NCBI GenBank assembly: GCA_965215275.1
Contig: OZ244044.1
Location: 477,548-541,547, forward strand
DNA: 64,000 nucleotides
Direction of reading: 5' to 3'
DNA from: Thermodesulfobacteriota bacterium
GTDB lineage: Bacteria > Desulfobacterota_D > UBA1144 > Nemesobacterales > JAJCZQ01
How positions within the stretch are numbered: the first letter of the stretch is position 1; each line of letters begins with the position of its first letter. Both the position numbers and the translations under genes were made by a program. Shown here piece by piece: positions 9,151-18,057 of this stretch. Under the pieces are notes generated by a model. That model saw only the letters and a program-made list of their open reading frames with translations, had not been told where the DNA came from and did no database searches.

Positions 9151-9224
9151 GTCCCCGTAGCTCAGCAGGATAGAGCACAAGATTCCTAATCTTGGGGTCG
9201 GAGGTTCGAATCCTCTCGGGGACG
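9151..9224 (+). tRNA. tRNA-Arg (anticodon CCT)
   Basis: Folded by hand: acceptor GTCCCCG/CGGGGAC, D-arm GCTC-AGCAGGATA-GAGC, anticodon arm CAAGA-TTCCTAA-TCTTG, variable loop GGGTC, T-arm GGAGG-TTCGAAT-CCTCT, discriminator G. 74 nt, CCA not encoded. Confidence 0.9.
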
Positions 9225-9791
9225 CGCGTTATCAAGTTCATCGTATTCAACGATCTTTTCCACTGCACTTACCAGATCGTCCAGCACGAAATCCGCTGTT
9301 TCCGATCTTTGCACGGAACCGGTCCTGACCAGTATCGTTCTTATATCCGTAATATTACCCGCTATAACGTCCCGCTCACTGTCCCCTACCATCCACGACC
9401 TTGACCTGTCCACGTTGTGTTTGCTTATCAGCTTTTTTATCATTCCGTTCTTGGGTTTTCTGCATGAGCAGATCACGTTGTACGGGGCAAGGGTCCCCAT
9501 CGGGTTGTGCGGACAGTATGAGAATTCCTCAAAGTAAAATCCATGGTCCTTAAAATGATCGTTCATATGCTCATGCAGTTCCCTTACGTCGTCCTCGGTC
9601 ATACAGCCCCTCGACACTCTGCCTTGATTGGTTACCAGAAAGAGTTTAAATCCATGATCGTAAAGCCTTTTCAGTGCCCTGGTAAACTCCTCCGGAATGT
9701 AGAAATCACCCACTCTGTAAATATAGTTATCCCCCTCTGCCGGTATAGTTATGGTCTTGTCTCTGTCAAAAAATACGGCTTTATTCATCAT
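9186..9791 (-). CDS. HAD-IIIA phosphatase, GmhB (D,D-heptose 1,7-bisphosphate phosphatase) / histidinol-phosphatase-like
   Basis: 201 aa; DxD motif FFDRDKT, VTNQ, Zn-type Cys cluster CPH...CSCRKP, and GDSERD. The last about 13 codons are antisense to the tRNA-Arg 3' half. Confidence 0.8.
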   Translation of the reverse strand: MMNKAVFFDRDKTITIPAEGDNYIYRVGDFYIPEEFTRALKRLYDHGFKLFLVTNQGRVSRGCMTEDDVRELHEHMNDHFKDHGFYFEEFSYCPHNPMGTLAPYNVICSCRKPKNGMIKKLISKHNVDRSRSWMVGDSERDVIAGNITDIRTILVRTGSVQRSETADFVLDDLVSAVEKIVEYDELDNARPREDSNLRPQD

Positions 9792-9809
9792 ATACTTGAA
9801 CGACGAGCA

Positions 9810-10514
9810 CTATAAATGCTTTATAATGGTCCAGATTATCTTATATCCGGCTTTTACGCTCCCGGATAAGGTCCCGGTAATTTTGGAAACCCCTATACGT
9901 TTTTTGTAGCTCACCGGAACTTCAACACATTTAAAACCTTTTTTAGCTGCCTTAACCTGCATTTCAACCGTCCAGCCGAAAGTCCTGTCCTTCATATCAA
10001 GCTGCTTTAATCTGCTGTATCTTACAGCTCTGAAGGGACCAAGGTCCGTAAACTCGGCGCGGTAAAGCAGCTTAATTAACAAAGTGGCAAGAAAATTACC
10101 AAAAACCGCCTGCGGAAGCATCGCACCTTTCTCTCTTTTTCCCCTAGTCCTCGAACCGATCACCAGATCATATTCACCATCCGTTATAGGTTTTACCAGA
10201 CAAGGCATCTCCCGGGGATCATCGGAGTAATCAGCATCCAGGAACACCACCACGGCAGGCTGATCGGAAACTTCCTTCGACCCTAAATATTCAAGTCCTT
10301 TAAGACAGGCACTGCCGTATCCCGTTTCAGGCTGATATAACACCGTTGCGCCTTTTGCTGAAGCAACTTCTGCAGTACGGTCAGTGGAACCGTTATCAAC
10401 GACTATAACCTCATTTACAGTACCGGAAGGGATCTCATCCAGTACAAACCCTATGGAACTCTGCTCGTTCAACGCGGGAATTATTACATCGACTTTATAC
10501 ATATATAATAACAC
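9810..10514 (-). CDS. Family 2 glycosyltransferase (dolichyl/polyprenyl-phosphate sugar transferase-like)
   Basis: 234 aa; VIIPALNE...VVDNGSTDRT...DADYSDD pattern of GT-A fold GT2 enzymes. Confidence 0.85.
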   Translation of the reverse strand: MLLYMYKVDVIIPALNEQSSIGFVLDEIPSGTVNEVIVVDNGSTDRTAEVASAKGATVLYQPETGYGSACLKGLEYLGSKEVSDQPAVVVFLDADYSDDPREMPCLVKPITDGEYDLVIGSRTRGKREKGAMLPQAVFGNFLATLLIKLLYRAEFTDLGPFRAVRYSRLKQLDMKDRTFGWTVEMQVKAAKKGFKCVEVPVSYKKRIGVSKITGTLSGSVKAGYKIIWTIIKHL

Positions 10515-10594
10515 GGTAATACCGTTAATTAGTCAAGAAATCAACTATCAAAAATCTGTACTGCTTCCATAAAGAACTGACGTGCAAGAGCGGC

Positions 10595-13500
10595 TTAACG
10601 ACCGAGACCGTGACGCACGTTCAGTACCAGGCTAAAGACCGACGGCACCAGAAACACGGTAAAAACGGTGGAAAATATCAATCCACCAACGATCACACTG
10701 CCAAGTCCACGATAAAGCTCGGACCCGGCTCCCGGGGAAAGAACAAGGGGCATCATACCGAACACGGTCGTCATCGTGCTCATAATGATCGGTCTTATCC
10801 TTGAATTAACTGACCGGATCACGGCCTGATCAAGAGGGAGTGCCTCGTTGCGTATGAAGTTCAAGGACTGATGGACGATAAGGATCGCATTGTTGACAAC
10901 TATCCCTATAAGGATCACAAAACCCAGCATAGTTATAATATCAAGTGACTGATAAGTAAAGAGATTTAAGAACCTAAGCCCTATAAAACCTCCCATGGAC
11001 GCAAGCGGTACGCTGAACATTATCACCAGAGGATACAGAAAGCTCTCAAATAACGATGACATCAGTAAAAATGCTATTGCAACTGCCAGGAGGAAGTTCC
11101 ACTGAAGTGCTTCCCTTGTTTCAGTAAGTTTGTCAGCCGTACCGGTCAGCTGGATGTTGAATTTTGATGGTATCTGACCACTCTGTTTCAGCGGACCGAT
11201 AACCTCGTCACGTATTTTATCGACCGCGCTCTCAAGGGGCATTTTCTCTGGCGGATTGATCTGTATGGCAATGGTCCTTTCCCTTTCATAATGATCTATC
11301 CGTTCGGGACCGTTCGTCAGCCTGGCATCGGCAAGCGACCCCAGAGTTACCAGTTTTCCATCCCCCACGTGGATCATTATATCCTCTATGTTCTGGGTCC
11401 GGCTGCTGAACCTGTCATCTCCTTTAATAACAAGGTCGATCTCCTGTCCATCAATAACGTAGTCGCTCACCTTGGCACCGTTTACAAGAGCCCGGACCAG
11501 AAATCCAAGCTCCCTGTTAGACAGACCAACGTCAGAAGCACGTTCCCTGTCGGTGATGAGCTGAAGTTCCGGATTACCCAGGTCCAGGCCGGGTATAGGT
11601 CTCATCTGAGAATCCGGCATTGCCCTGGTGGCGGCAAAGAATATCTTCCGCGTAACGTCAAGCAATCCCTGTATCTCGGAACCCGTTATCTGAACTTTTA
11701 TGGACCTGCCCTCTCCAAGTCCACGACTGAACAGGCTTGACTGAGTAACGACTGCAAACGTGCCTGGGATCTTTGAAAGGCTCTGCCGGATCAGAGGTAT
11801 TAACTCCTTAACTCTCCTCTCGTCCTCCGCCACTGCTCCCATAAAGACCTGACGTCCCCTTGCAACGTAGAAGAAGTTCTTTATTTCAGGATAGCCGTCC
11901 TCTGCTGACCTGGCAGCATGGGTATTCTGGACCAGATACGGTGATATATCGGCTTCGATCTGCTCACCGATGGATATGAACTCATCAACGTTGTATCCGG
12001 GTGGTGGTATAAGTATGCCAAAGACCAGGTTCCTGTTCCCCGTGGGCAGGTATTCCGTCTTTGGCACGAGCATGTAGCTGAACAGAACGGAAGCCGCAGT
12101 AAATATAATAATTACCATGATCTTTATTCTGACGTTATGAACTATAAGGGTTACAGCCGAGGAGATCAGTTCCGTGACCGATCTGCCAAGATCGTAAACG
12201 GACGACAGTAACCAGTGCTTTCTTTTTTCGAAGCTGCCGGCAACGTTCAGGATACCGGAAGCAACCGCGGGGATAACGGTAACGGACACTATAAGGCTCA
12301 GAATGACCGAGACGCTGACCGCAATAGCTATATCTTTAAACAGCTGTCCCGCCTGCTCTTCTATGAAGATTATCGGTAAAAACACCGCTGCCGTGGTCAA
12401 GGTGCTTGCAAACACGGCACCCCAGACCTCGACCGTACCGTCATAAGCGGCCTTGATCCTCGCTTTTCCCATCTGCATGTGTCTGTATATGTTCTCAAGC
12501 ACGACGATCGAGTTGTCTATTACCATCCCGACCGCAAAGCTCATACCTGCAAGACTTATAACGTTTATCGTTCGTCCCAGCAGGGCCATGAGCGTGAACG
12601 TGCCAATAACGCTTATCGGGATCGCGGTTGCAATGATCAGAACGCTGCTGCCGCTCCTCAGAAAAATAAACAGCACCGACACGGCAAGAAACCCGCCGAT
12701 TATCAAATTCCGCTTTACAAGGTCGATCGCATTTTTAATATAGCCCGACTGCTCATAAACGTTCTGAAGGTACAGGCCGTTCTCTCTTAACAGTCCCTCG
12801 TTCAATCTCTTCAGCTCCAGTTTCATGTTCTTTACGACCTCGATCGTGTTAGCACCACTTTCCTTCAGAGCGTTAATTGCGATCGCGGGTTCGCCGTTCT
12901 GTCTGACCGCGTACTGCGGGTCTTTGTAGCCAAGCTGCACTCTCGCCACGTCACTCAGGTACACGGGGTTTCCATTCTCGTTCCTTATAACGATCCTTCC
13001 CAATTCTTCCGGCGAACCGTATTCCCCGATGGTCCGTACAACGTACCTTCGCTTGCCTTCATCGAACGAACCGCCGCTGTAGTTCTCGTTCTCTCTGCTT
13101 ACGGCGTCTGCAAGCTCTCCGACCGTGATCCCTCTCAATGCAAGGTCGTTAGGGTCGAACACCACCTGCATCTCCCTTTCCTTGCCTCCGAACACGTTCG
13201 AAGACCCCACTCCGGCAACTCTTTCAAGTCTGGGTTTAATGAACTCCTCTGCAAAGTCGTGGTAGTTATATATATGTGTCTTGTTGTCCGGGAGAGGTTT
13301 CAGTATGAACCATGCTATCGCGTTCGACCTGGTATCCACGCTGCTGATGGTGGGATTGTCCGAATCATCAGGATACTCCTTGACCTGATCCAGCTTGTTC
13401 GAGACCTTAACGACCTTTGAATCCAAATCCGTACCGACTTCAAACTCAAGTACAACGGTCGCACTGTCCCCGGAACTTTCGCTCGTCAGTTCAACAAGTC

Positions 13501-13732
13501 CCTCCACGCCTTTGAGCTTCTCTTCCTGCTTGTTGACTATCTCGCTCTCGACCTCAAAGGGACTTGCACCTGGCCAGACCGTACTCACCGTGACCTTGGG
13601 ATTCTCAACGTCAGGGGTCAGCTGAACGGGAACGCGAAAAAGAGAGATCAGACCGAACAGGATTACGAATATAACCGCAACGGCCACGGTCACGGGACGT
13701 TTTATGGATGTCTCAACTAATTTCATTACCAA
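10595..13732 (-). CDS. RND efflux transporter, inner-membrane permease (AcrB/HAE family)
   Basis: 1045 aa; 12-TM/2-loop architecture; N-terminus ...SIKRPVTVAVAVIFVILFGLISLFRVPVQLTPDVE is typical ACR_tran. Confidence 0.95.
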   Translation of the reverse strand: MVMKLVETSIKRPVTVAVAVIFVILFGLISLFRVPVQLTPDVENPKVTVSTVWPGASPFEVESEIVNKQEEKLKGVEGLVELTSESSGDSATVVLEFEVGTDLDSKVVKVSNKLDQVKEYPDDSDNPTISSVDTRSNAIAWFILKPLPDNKTHIYNYHDFAEEFIKPRLERVAGVGSSNVFGGKEREMQVVFDPNDLALRGITVGELADAVSRENENYSGGSFDEGKRRYVVRTIGEYGSPEELGRIVIRNENGNPVYLSDVARVQLGYKDPQYAVRQNGEPAIAINALKESGANTIEVVKNMKLELKRLNEGLLRENGLYLQNVYEQSGYIKNAIDLVKRNLIIGGFLAVSVLFIFLRSGSSVLIIATAIPISVIGTFTLMALLGRTINVISLAGMSFAVGMVIDNSIVVLENIYRHMQMGKARIKAAYDGTVEVWGAVFASTLTTAAVFLPIIFIEEQAGQLFKDIAIAVSVSVILSLIVSVTVIPAVASGILNVAGSFEKRKHWLLSSVYDLGRSVTELISSAVTLIVHNVRIKIMVIIIFTAASVLFSYMLVPKTEYLPTGNRNLVFGILIPPPGYNVDEFISIGEQIEADISPYLVQNTHAARSAEDGYPEIKNFFYVARGRQVFMGAVAEDERRVKELIPLIRQSLSKIPGTFAVVTQSSLFSRGLGEGRSIKVQITGSEIQGLLDVTRKIFFAATRAMPDSQMRPIPGLDLGNPELQLITDRERASDVGLSNRELGFLVRALVNGAKVSDYVIDGQEIDLVIKGDDRFSSRTQNIEDIMIHVGDGKLVTLGSLADARLTNGPERIDHYERERTIAIQINPPEKMPLESAVDKIRDEVIGPLKQSGQIPSKFNIQLTGTADKLTETREALQWNFLLAVAIAFLLMSSLFESFLYPLVIMFSVPLASMGGFIGLRFLNLFTYQSLDIITMLGFVILIGIVVNNAILIVHQSLNFIRNEALPLDQAVIRSVNSRIRPIIMSTMTTVFGMMPLVLSPGAGSELYRGLGSVIVGGLIFSTVFTVFLVPSVFSLVLNVRHGLGR

Positions 13733-14783
13733 TTACGGAGGTTACCTGCACGGGCTGCATCGGACGCAGTCTTTCATTACCCCTCACGATGACCCGCTCA
13801 CCGGACGTAAGCTTGCCTTGTACCTCTACCAGACCCTCGTAAGATAAACCGATGATCACGTTGACCGGCTGGGCAAGGTTTCCCCTTACAACGAACACGA
13901 CCTTACCATTTCCGCCGTCGACAACTGCATCCTTTGGGACCATTTTAGCCTTTCTTGTCTCTCCGAGATGAAACAGTACCTTTGCCGACATTGAAGACTT
14001 AATTATATGATCGTCATTTCTTACCCTGACCTTTACCGGAAAGGTCCTTGACTTCGGATCGGCCTGAGGAACCACTGATATGATCTCTCCTGTAAACTTT
14101 CTGCCCGGTAATGAATACAGAGACGTCTCCACTGTGTCGCCAACGCTGACCAGGGACACGTATTTTTCAGGCAGTTCCACGACCATGTGAACATCGTCGA
14201 TGTTTATAAGTTCAACGACGCTGTCGCCACTGTCGAGCCACTCGCCGACCTGGCTGTACTCTTCGGTTATATAACCGTTGAACGGAGCCCTGATCTCCGC
14301 TTTGGATATATCATATTTAAGCCCGTTAATTCTGCTCTGAAGCAGTTCCTGCCTTGCTGCCAGCACGTCCCTTGAGGAAAACACATCGGTTATCTGGCTC
14401 TCTGAAGCTATACCTTTTTCACGCAGTTTTTTCGCCCTTTTCACCTTGTCCTGAGCGTACTTTAACTCCACGCTGGTCTCATTTTTAGCCTTTATGGCCT
14501 CATCCAGTAATATCTTCATCTTCTGGGTGTTCTGCCTTGCGATCATCCGTCCGGCCTTTACGTAGTCCCCCTCCAGATAAGGATATTCGATCACCATCTC
14601 GCTAACTATCGCTGAAACCAGACTTCTTTTCACAGGTTCGACCGTGCCGACAAGTTCCATGGGCTTTCTCAGGTCCTTTACCACTACTTCAGAGACGGTA
14701 ACCGGAACTGCAGGAACGGGCTGCGCCTGCAGAAGCTGAGATAAAGATAAAAAAGATATAAGCGTTATCAGAACTGTTTTCAT
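13713..14783 (-). CDS. RND efflux periplasmic adaptor (membrane fusion protein, HlyD family)
   Basis: ORF 13713..14843. The start is moved to ATG 14783 (MKTVLITLISFLSLSQLLQA signal peptide). It has a coiled-coil hairpin plus beta-barrel pattern and overlaps the permease start by 20 nt (operon). Confidence 0.9.
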   Translation of the reverse strand: MKTVLITLISFLSLSQLLQAQPVPAVPVTVSEVVVKDLRKPMELVGTVEPVKRSLVSAIVSEMVIEYPYLEGDYVKAGRMIARQNTQKMKILLDEAIKAKNETSVELKYAQDKVKRAKKLREKGIASESQITDVFSSRDVLAARQELLQSRINGLKYDISKAEIRAPFNGYITEEYSQVGEWLDSGDSVVELINIDDVHMVVELPEKYVSLVSVGDTVETSLYSLPGRKFTGEIISVVPQADPKSRTFPVKVRVRNDDHIIKSSMSAKVLFHLGETRKAKMVPKDAVVDGGNGKVVFVVRGNLAQPVNVIIGLSYEGLVEVQGKLTSGERVIVRGNERLRPMQPVQVTSVIGNEIS

Positions 14784-14988
14784 AACCGTCAGATAATTTG
14801 GCTGATCCAAGATCAGATGATAATTTTTGTTAATAAACACCACAAGACCTTTATTAAATCTACCATATTAATCACTAAAGATTGCCAGTAAATACCAAAA
14901 AACATCTAAAACTTTCTTGACAACTACTTCTAAAAACATAATTTATCTGTAAAATTAAAGATGAAAGCAAAGATAAAAGGAGTCCGTT

Positions 14989-15318
14989 ATGGCAAGTGAA
15001 GCAATTATTGAACTTAGCGATGCAAGTTTTGAATCAGAAGTAATTAAAAGCGAAAATCCCGTTTTAGTGGATTTCTGGGCACCTTGGTGCGGACCGTGTA
15101 AGGCACTTGCTCCGATCGTTGATGAAATATCAAGTGAATTTACAGATAAGGTTAAAGTGGGTAAGGTCAACGTTGATGATAACCCGGAAACCTCAATGAA
15201 GTTCGGTATCAGAAGCATACCAACTTTAATGGTGTTCAAAAACGGCGAGGTATTGGAACAGATCGTAGGGGCCGTGCCCAAGAGCGAAATAGAAAGAGTG
15301 CTTGAAAAAGCACTGTAG
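14989..15318 (+). CDS. trxA: Thioredoxin
   Basis: 109 aa; VLVDFWAPWCGPCK active site; AAAGGAG RBS. Confidence 0.96.
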   Translation: MASEAIIELSDASFESEVIKSENPVLVDFWAPWCGPCKALAPIVDEISSEFTDKVKVGKVNVDDNPETSMKFGIRSIPTLMVFKNGEVLEQIVGAVPKSEIERVLEKAL

Positions 15319-15419
15319 CAACAAACATAAATTTCTGTATACAGAAAAAAACGTTCATGAGTGATCAGTTAAGTACAGAAAAAACTTCATTAAGGTCTGA
15401 TACCTGTAAAGAGTAGATA

Positions 15420-15998
15420 ATGAACAGAAAGACCAACGTCCAATCCGGCGTACTTGCGCTCATAATCCTGCTGGTGGCTTTCAGCCGGCTTCTGCCGCTG
15501 CCTTTGAACTTTTCACCACTTGCGGCAATTTCCTTGTTCGCAGCCGCACATTTTACCAACAGGTGGAAAGCATTTTTGATCCCGGTCATCGCAACGTGGC
15601 TGACCGACCTTGTCATTATCAATACGGTCTACTCATATTACTACTCGGAGTTCGTCTGGTTTTACAGCGGGTTCTACTGGCAATATGCGGGTTACGCGGC
15701 AATTGTGCTTTTTGGAACGTTCCTGTATGCAAAAAATATCTCCGCCTTTAAAGTCACAAGCGGGGCAGTAGGTTCAGGAATAATATTCTTTCTCATATCC
15801 AACTTTGGCGTCTGGGTCTCAACTGCCACATATTCACCCGATCTGAGCGGACTGATCGCCTGCTACGTTGCAGGAATACCTTTCTACAAGGGAACGTTGC
15901 TCGGAGACCTATGCTTTTCCGTGCTGCTCTTTGGCGGTTACTATTTAATGCAAAGAAGATTTGCTTCACTGGAACTGCAGCGTTTGAAGTATGTATGA
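15420..15998 (+). CDS. Integral membrane protein of unknown function (about 5-6 TM)
   Basis: 192 aa hydrophobic ORF; the antisense ORF 15365..15622 is rejected. Confidence 0.7.
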   Translation: MNRKTNVQSGVLALIILLVAFSRLLPLPLNFSPLAAISLFAAAHFTNRWKAFLIPVIATWLTDLVIINTVYSYYYSEFVWFYSGFYWQYAGYAAIVLFGTFLYAKNISAFKVTSGAVGSGIIFFLISNFGVWVSTATYSPDLSGLIACYVAGIPFYKGTLLGDLCFSVLLFGGYYLMQRRFASLELQRLKYV

Positions 15999-16350
15999 GC
16001 ACAAAGTAAAGACCTGCCCAAGATGCGGCCAGGTTTTTGAGTGCAGACCGAACGACGTTACTAACTGCGGATGCTTTAACGTCTCTCTTACACAAGAAAC
16101 ACGGAACTTCCTGCAAAAGACGAAGTGGGATGACTGTCTGTGCAACAACTGCCTTAATCACTTTGGTAAACTGGGTCGGACGGTTCAAAAACACCAATTC
16201 CCAGCATCAGATGAAACGCTTACAGAAGGCATACATTATTATAAGGAAGATAAAGTCTGGATATTCACCGAACTATACCATTACCTCAGAGGATACTGCT
16301 GTCAAAATGGATGCAGACATTGTGTGTATGGATATAAAGAATCAGGATAA
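15991..16350 (+). CDS. Cysteine-rich small protein (N-terminal CxxC cluster plus C-terminal RGYCC..GCRHC motif, DUF5522-like by recollection)
   Basis: 119 aa; CPRCG...CGC...CLCNNC, then FTELYHYLRGYCCQNGCRHCVYGY. It overlaps neighbouring genes by a few nt on both sides (operon packing). Confidence 0.65.
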   Translation: MYEHKVKTCPRCGQVFECRPNDVTNCGCFNVSLTQETRNFLQKTKWDDCLCNNCLNHFGKLGRTVQKHQFPASDETLTEGIHYYKEDKVWIFTELYHYLRGYCCQNGCRHCVYGYKESG

Positions 16351-17098
16351 AGACAGTTTGCAAAGCAAGAGCAGAACTTACTTTAACTGGAGCGGTGGTA
16401 AGGATTCCACACTGGCACTGCATTACCTGCTTGAACAGAAAACACATAATATTGACCTGCTGCTGACCACCGTTAATCCGAAATTCAACAGAGTATCGAT
16501 GCACGGAGTTCGTAGAGAGGTTCTGGAGGCACAGGCAAGATCAATAGGTATCCAGCTTGAAGTACTTGAAGTGCCTGAAGACCTCACAATGCAGCAGTAT
16601 GATAAAAAAATGAACGACAAGATCCAGAAGCTTAGATCCCATAACTACACGCACACCGTCTTTGGGGATATTTTTCTGGAAGACCTAAGACGGTACAGGG
16701 AGAAAATGCTTTTTCCTCATGGTATAAAACCTGTTTTTCCTCTATGGAAGAAAAACACTCACATGCTGATCAAAGATTTTTTAAGGCTGGGATACAGGTC
16801 CATTATCGTCTGTATAAACACCTCTAAATTAGATGGCTCCTTTTTAGGAATGGAATTAAGTGAAGACCTGATAGAAAAACTGCCCGAAGACGTTGACCAC
16901 TGCGGAGAGAACGGAGAATTTCATACATTGTGTTTTGATGGACCCATATTTAACAAGCCACTGGATGTTTTCGCTGGACAGAAAGTCTTCAGAACTTACA
17001 AAGAGCCTTCCGGCCAGAATGAGAGCATTATATTTGGTTTTTGTGATGTAATAGTTAAAAAGGGGAATTATATATTAGAATCAAATCAAAATAATTGA
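16328..17098 (+). CDS. PP-loop ATP pyrophosphatase, MJ0570/Dph6-related (diphthine-ammonia-ligase-like)
   Basis: NWSGGKDS PP-loop motif and a conserved tail ...CGENGEFHTLCFDGPIF. The start is set to ATG 16328 (16307 is an alternative) because the 5' part of ORF 16037.. overlaps the Cys-rich gene out of frame. Confidence 0.8.
   Translation: MDIKNQDKDSLQSKSRTYFNWSGGKDSTLALHYLLEQKTHNIDLLLTTVNPKFNRVSMHGVRREVLEAQARSIGIQLEVLEVPEDLTMQQYDKKMNDKIQKLRSHNYTHTVFGDIFLEDLRRYREKMLFPHGIKPVFPLWKKNTHMLIKDFLRLGYRSIIVCINTSKLDGSFLGMELSEDLIEKLPEDVDHCGENGEFHTLCFDGPIFNKPLDVFAGQKVFRTYKEPSGQNESIIFGFCDVIVKKGNYILESNQNN
16863..17050 (+). repeat. Direct repeat, copy 1 (3' end of the PP-loop ATPase gene); copy 2 at 19115..19303
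   Basis: By-eye alignment shows about 88% identity over about 188 nt, e.g. TAGAAAAACTGCCCGAAGA...CATTGTGTTTTGATGGACCCATATTTAA.AAGCCACTGGATGTTTTCG.TGGACAGAAAGTC. Confidence 0.85.
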
Positions 17099-17154
17099 AA
17101 TATAAGCAAGTTGGTATAATACCAGTTAATAAATATCCTTAATATAAGGAAACT

Positions 17155-17255
17155 TTATATCGGGTGGGACAGTTCATGCTTCCGATAGGTGCTAAACGAT
17201 ATTATAAATAAGAAGGAAACGGAAGATAGAGAGGTTCTGCACTCATAACAGTATG
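17155..17255 (+). repeat. About 100-nt conserved intergenic element, copy 1 (copy 2 at 44786..44879)
   Basis: About 70% identity by eye, with shared blocks TTATAT.GG.TGGGA, CCGAT, AGAAGG.AACGG and an identical 15-mer ACTCATAACAGTATG followed by a T-rich run. Confidence 0.6.
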
Positions 17256-17307
17256 CTTTTCTTACTTTCCCATTGAAAATTTAACTATTTATTTTTGCGT
17301 ATTGGCC

Positions 17308-18042
17308 TTAAGGATTATTAGCTTGTATCAATTTTGGATTTTGCTTTTTCAGCCATTTGTAAAAACGCTCAGGGTCTTCAAACAGCGGAGGATTTGCACT
17401 CCGTTGTATGTAACCATCTTTAATTTCCAACCCTCCCCAATCATTTAGTATGTGTTTTTTTACACGGTAGACCTTACCTCGCAACTCACCGATTGGAATA
17501 CATTTCTCAAACCGCCCGGATACACCCTCTTTGCCTCTGACTACTATGTCTGAATCCTTCCGTTCAGCATTACGAGTATGGGCATTTTCATCAAACCGAT
17601 TAGGTTCTACATCTTTTACTCTCACAATCTCTTTTACTACCAATGCGCCGATAAGTGCATAAACAAGGTTGTCTTTTGTCTTTTTTATAGGCTCCAAACT
17701 GGCATAGAATACAACCAGATCGTCTTCTTTAAAATCCAGCAGTTTTTTCCCTCGAGAACTGGTATCGCCATATGTAAGGTGTTCAAAGTCTGGGTCCAGG
17801 TGCATATGCTTTTCTATTAAGTGGTCGGGTAATGAAATGCTGTCGTTATTACGCTTTGAGAAACTATCCAATGCCGGAACTATAAGCTTGGAATAGTATC
17901 TTTCCATACCAAGAGCGTTGGGTATTTTAGTTTGTTGTATAGGCACATATACAAAATCTCCTGTTTCCGGATTACAGGGAGCATTCCAATCGCCTGAATC
18001 TTCACTTCCGTCAATAGCTACTCGCACTAGTATAGCTTTCAT
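17308..18042 (-). CDS. Hypothetical protein, second gene of a two-gene operon (possibly Nmad3-like; unverified)
   Basis: ORF 17308..18048. The start is set to the second ATG (18042), 7 nt after AGGAGG. N-terminus MKAILVRVAIDGSEDSGDWNAPCNPETGDFVYVPIQQ. The RBS overlaps the stop of the upstream gene. Confidence 0.75.
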   Translation of the reverse strand: MKAILVRVAIDGSEDSGDWNAPCNPETGDFVYVPIQQTKIPNALGMERYYSKLIVPALDSFSKRNNDSISLPDHLIEKHMHLDPDFEHLTYGDTSSRGKKLLDFKEDDLVVFYASLEPIKKTKDNLVYALIGALVVKEIVRVKDVEPNRFDENAHTRNAERKDSDIVVRGKEGVSGRFEKCIPIGELRGKVYRVKKHILNDWGGLEIKDGYIQRSANPPLFEDPERFYKWLKKQNPKLIQANNP

Positions 18043-18057
18043 TAACATACCTCCTTA

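Noticed and set aside
15332-15347. Palindrome TTTCTGTATACAGAAA downstream of trxA as a possible intrinsic terminator
   Set aside because: The stem is AT-rich and it is followed by an A-run rather than a T-run on the trxA strand. The evidence is not strong enough to call.
16037-16327. 5' part of the 353-aa ORF 16037..17098
   Set aside because: It overlaps, out of frame, the Cys-rich gene 15991..16350, whose motifs look genuine. The PP-loop family sequence only begins near ATG 16328.
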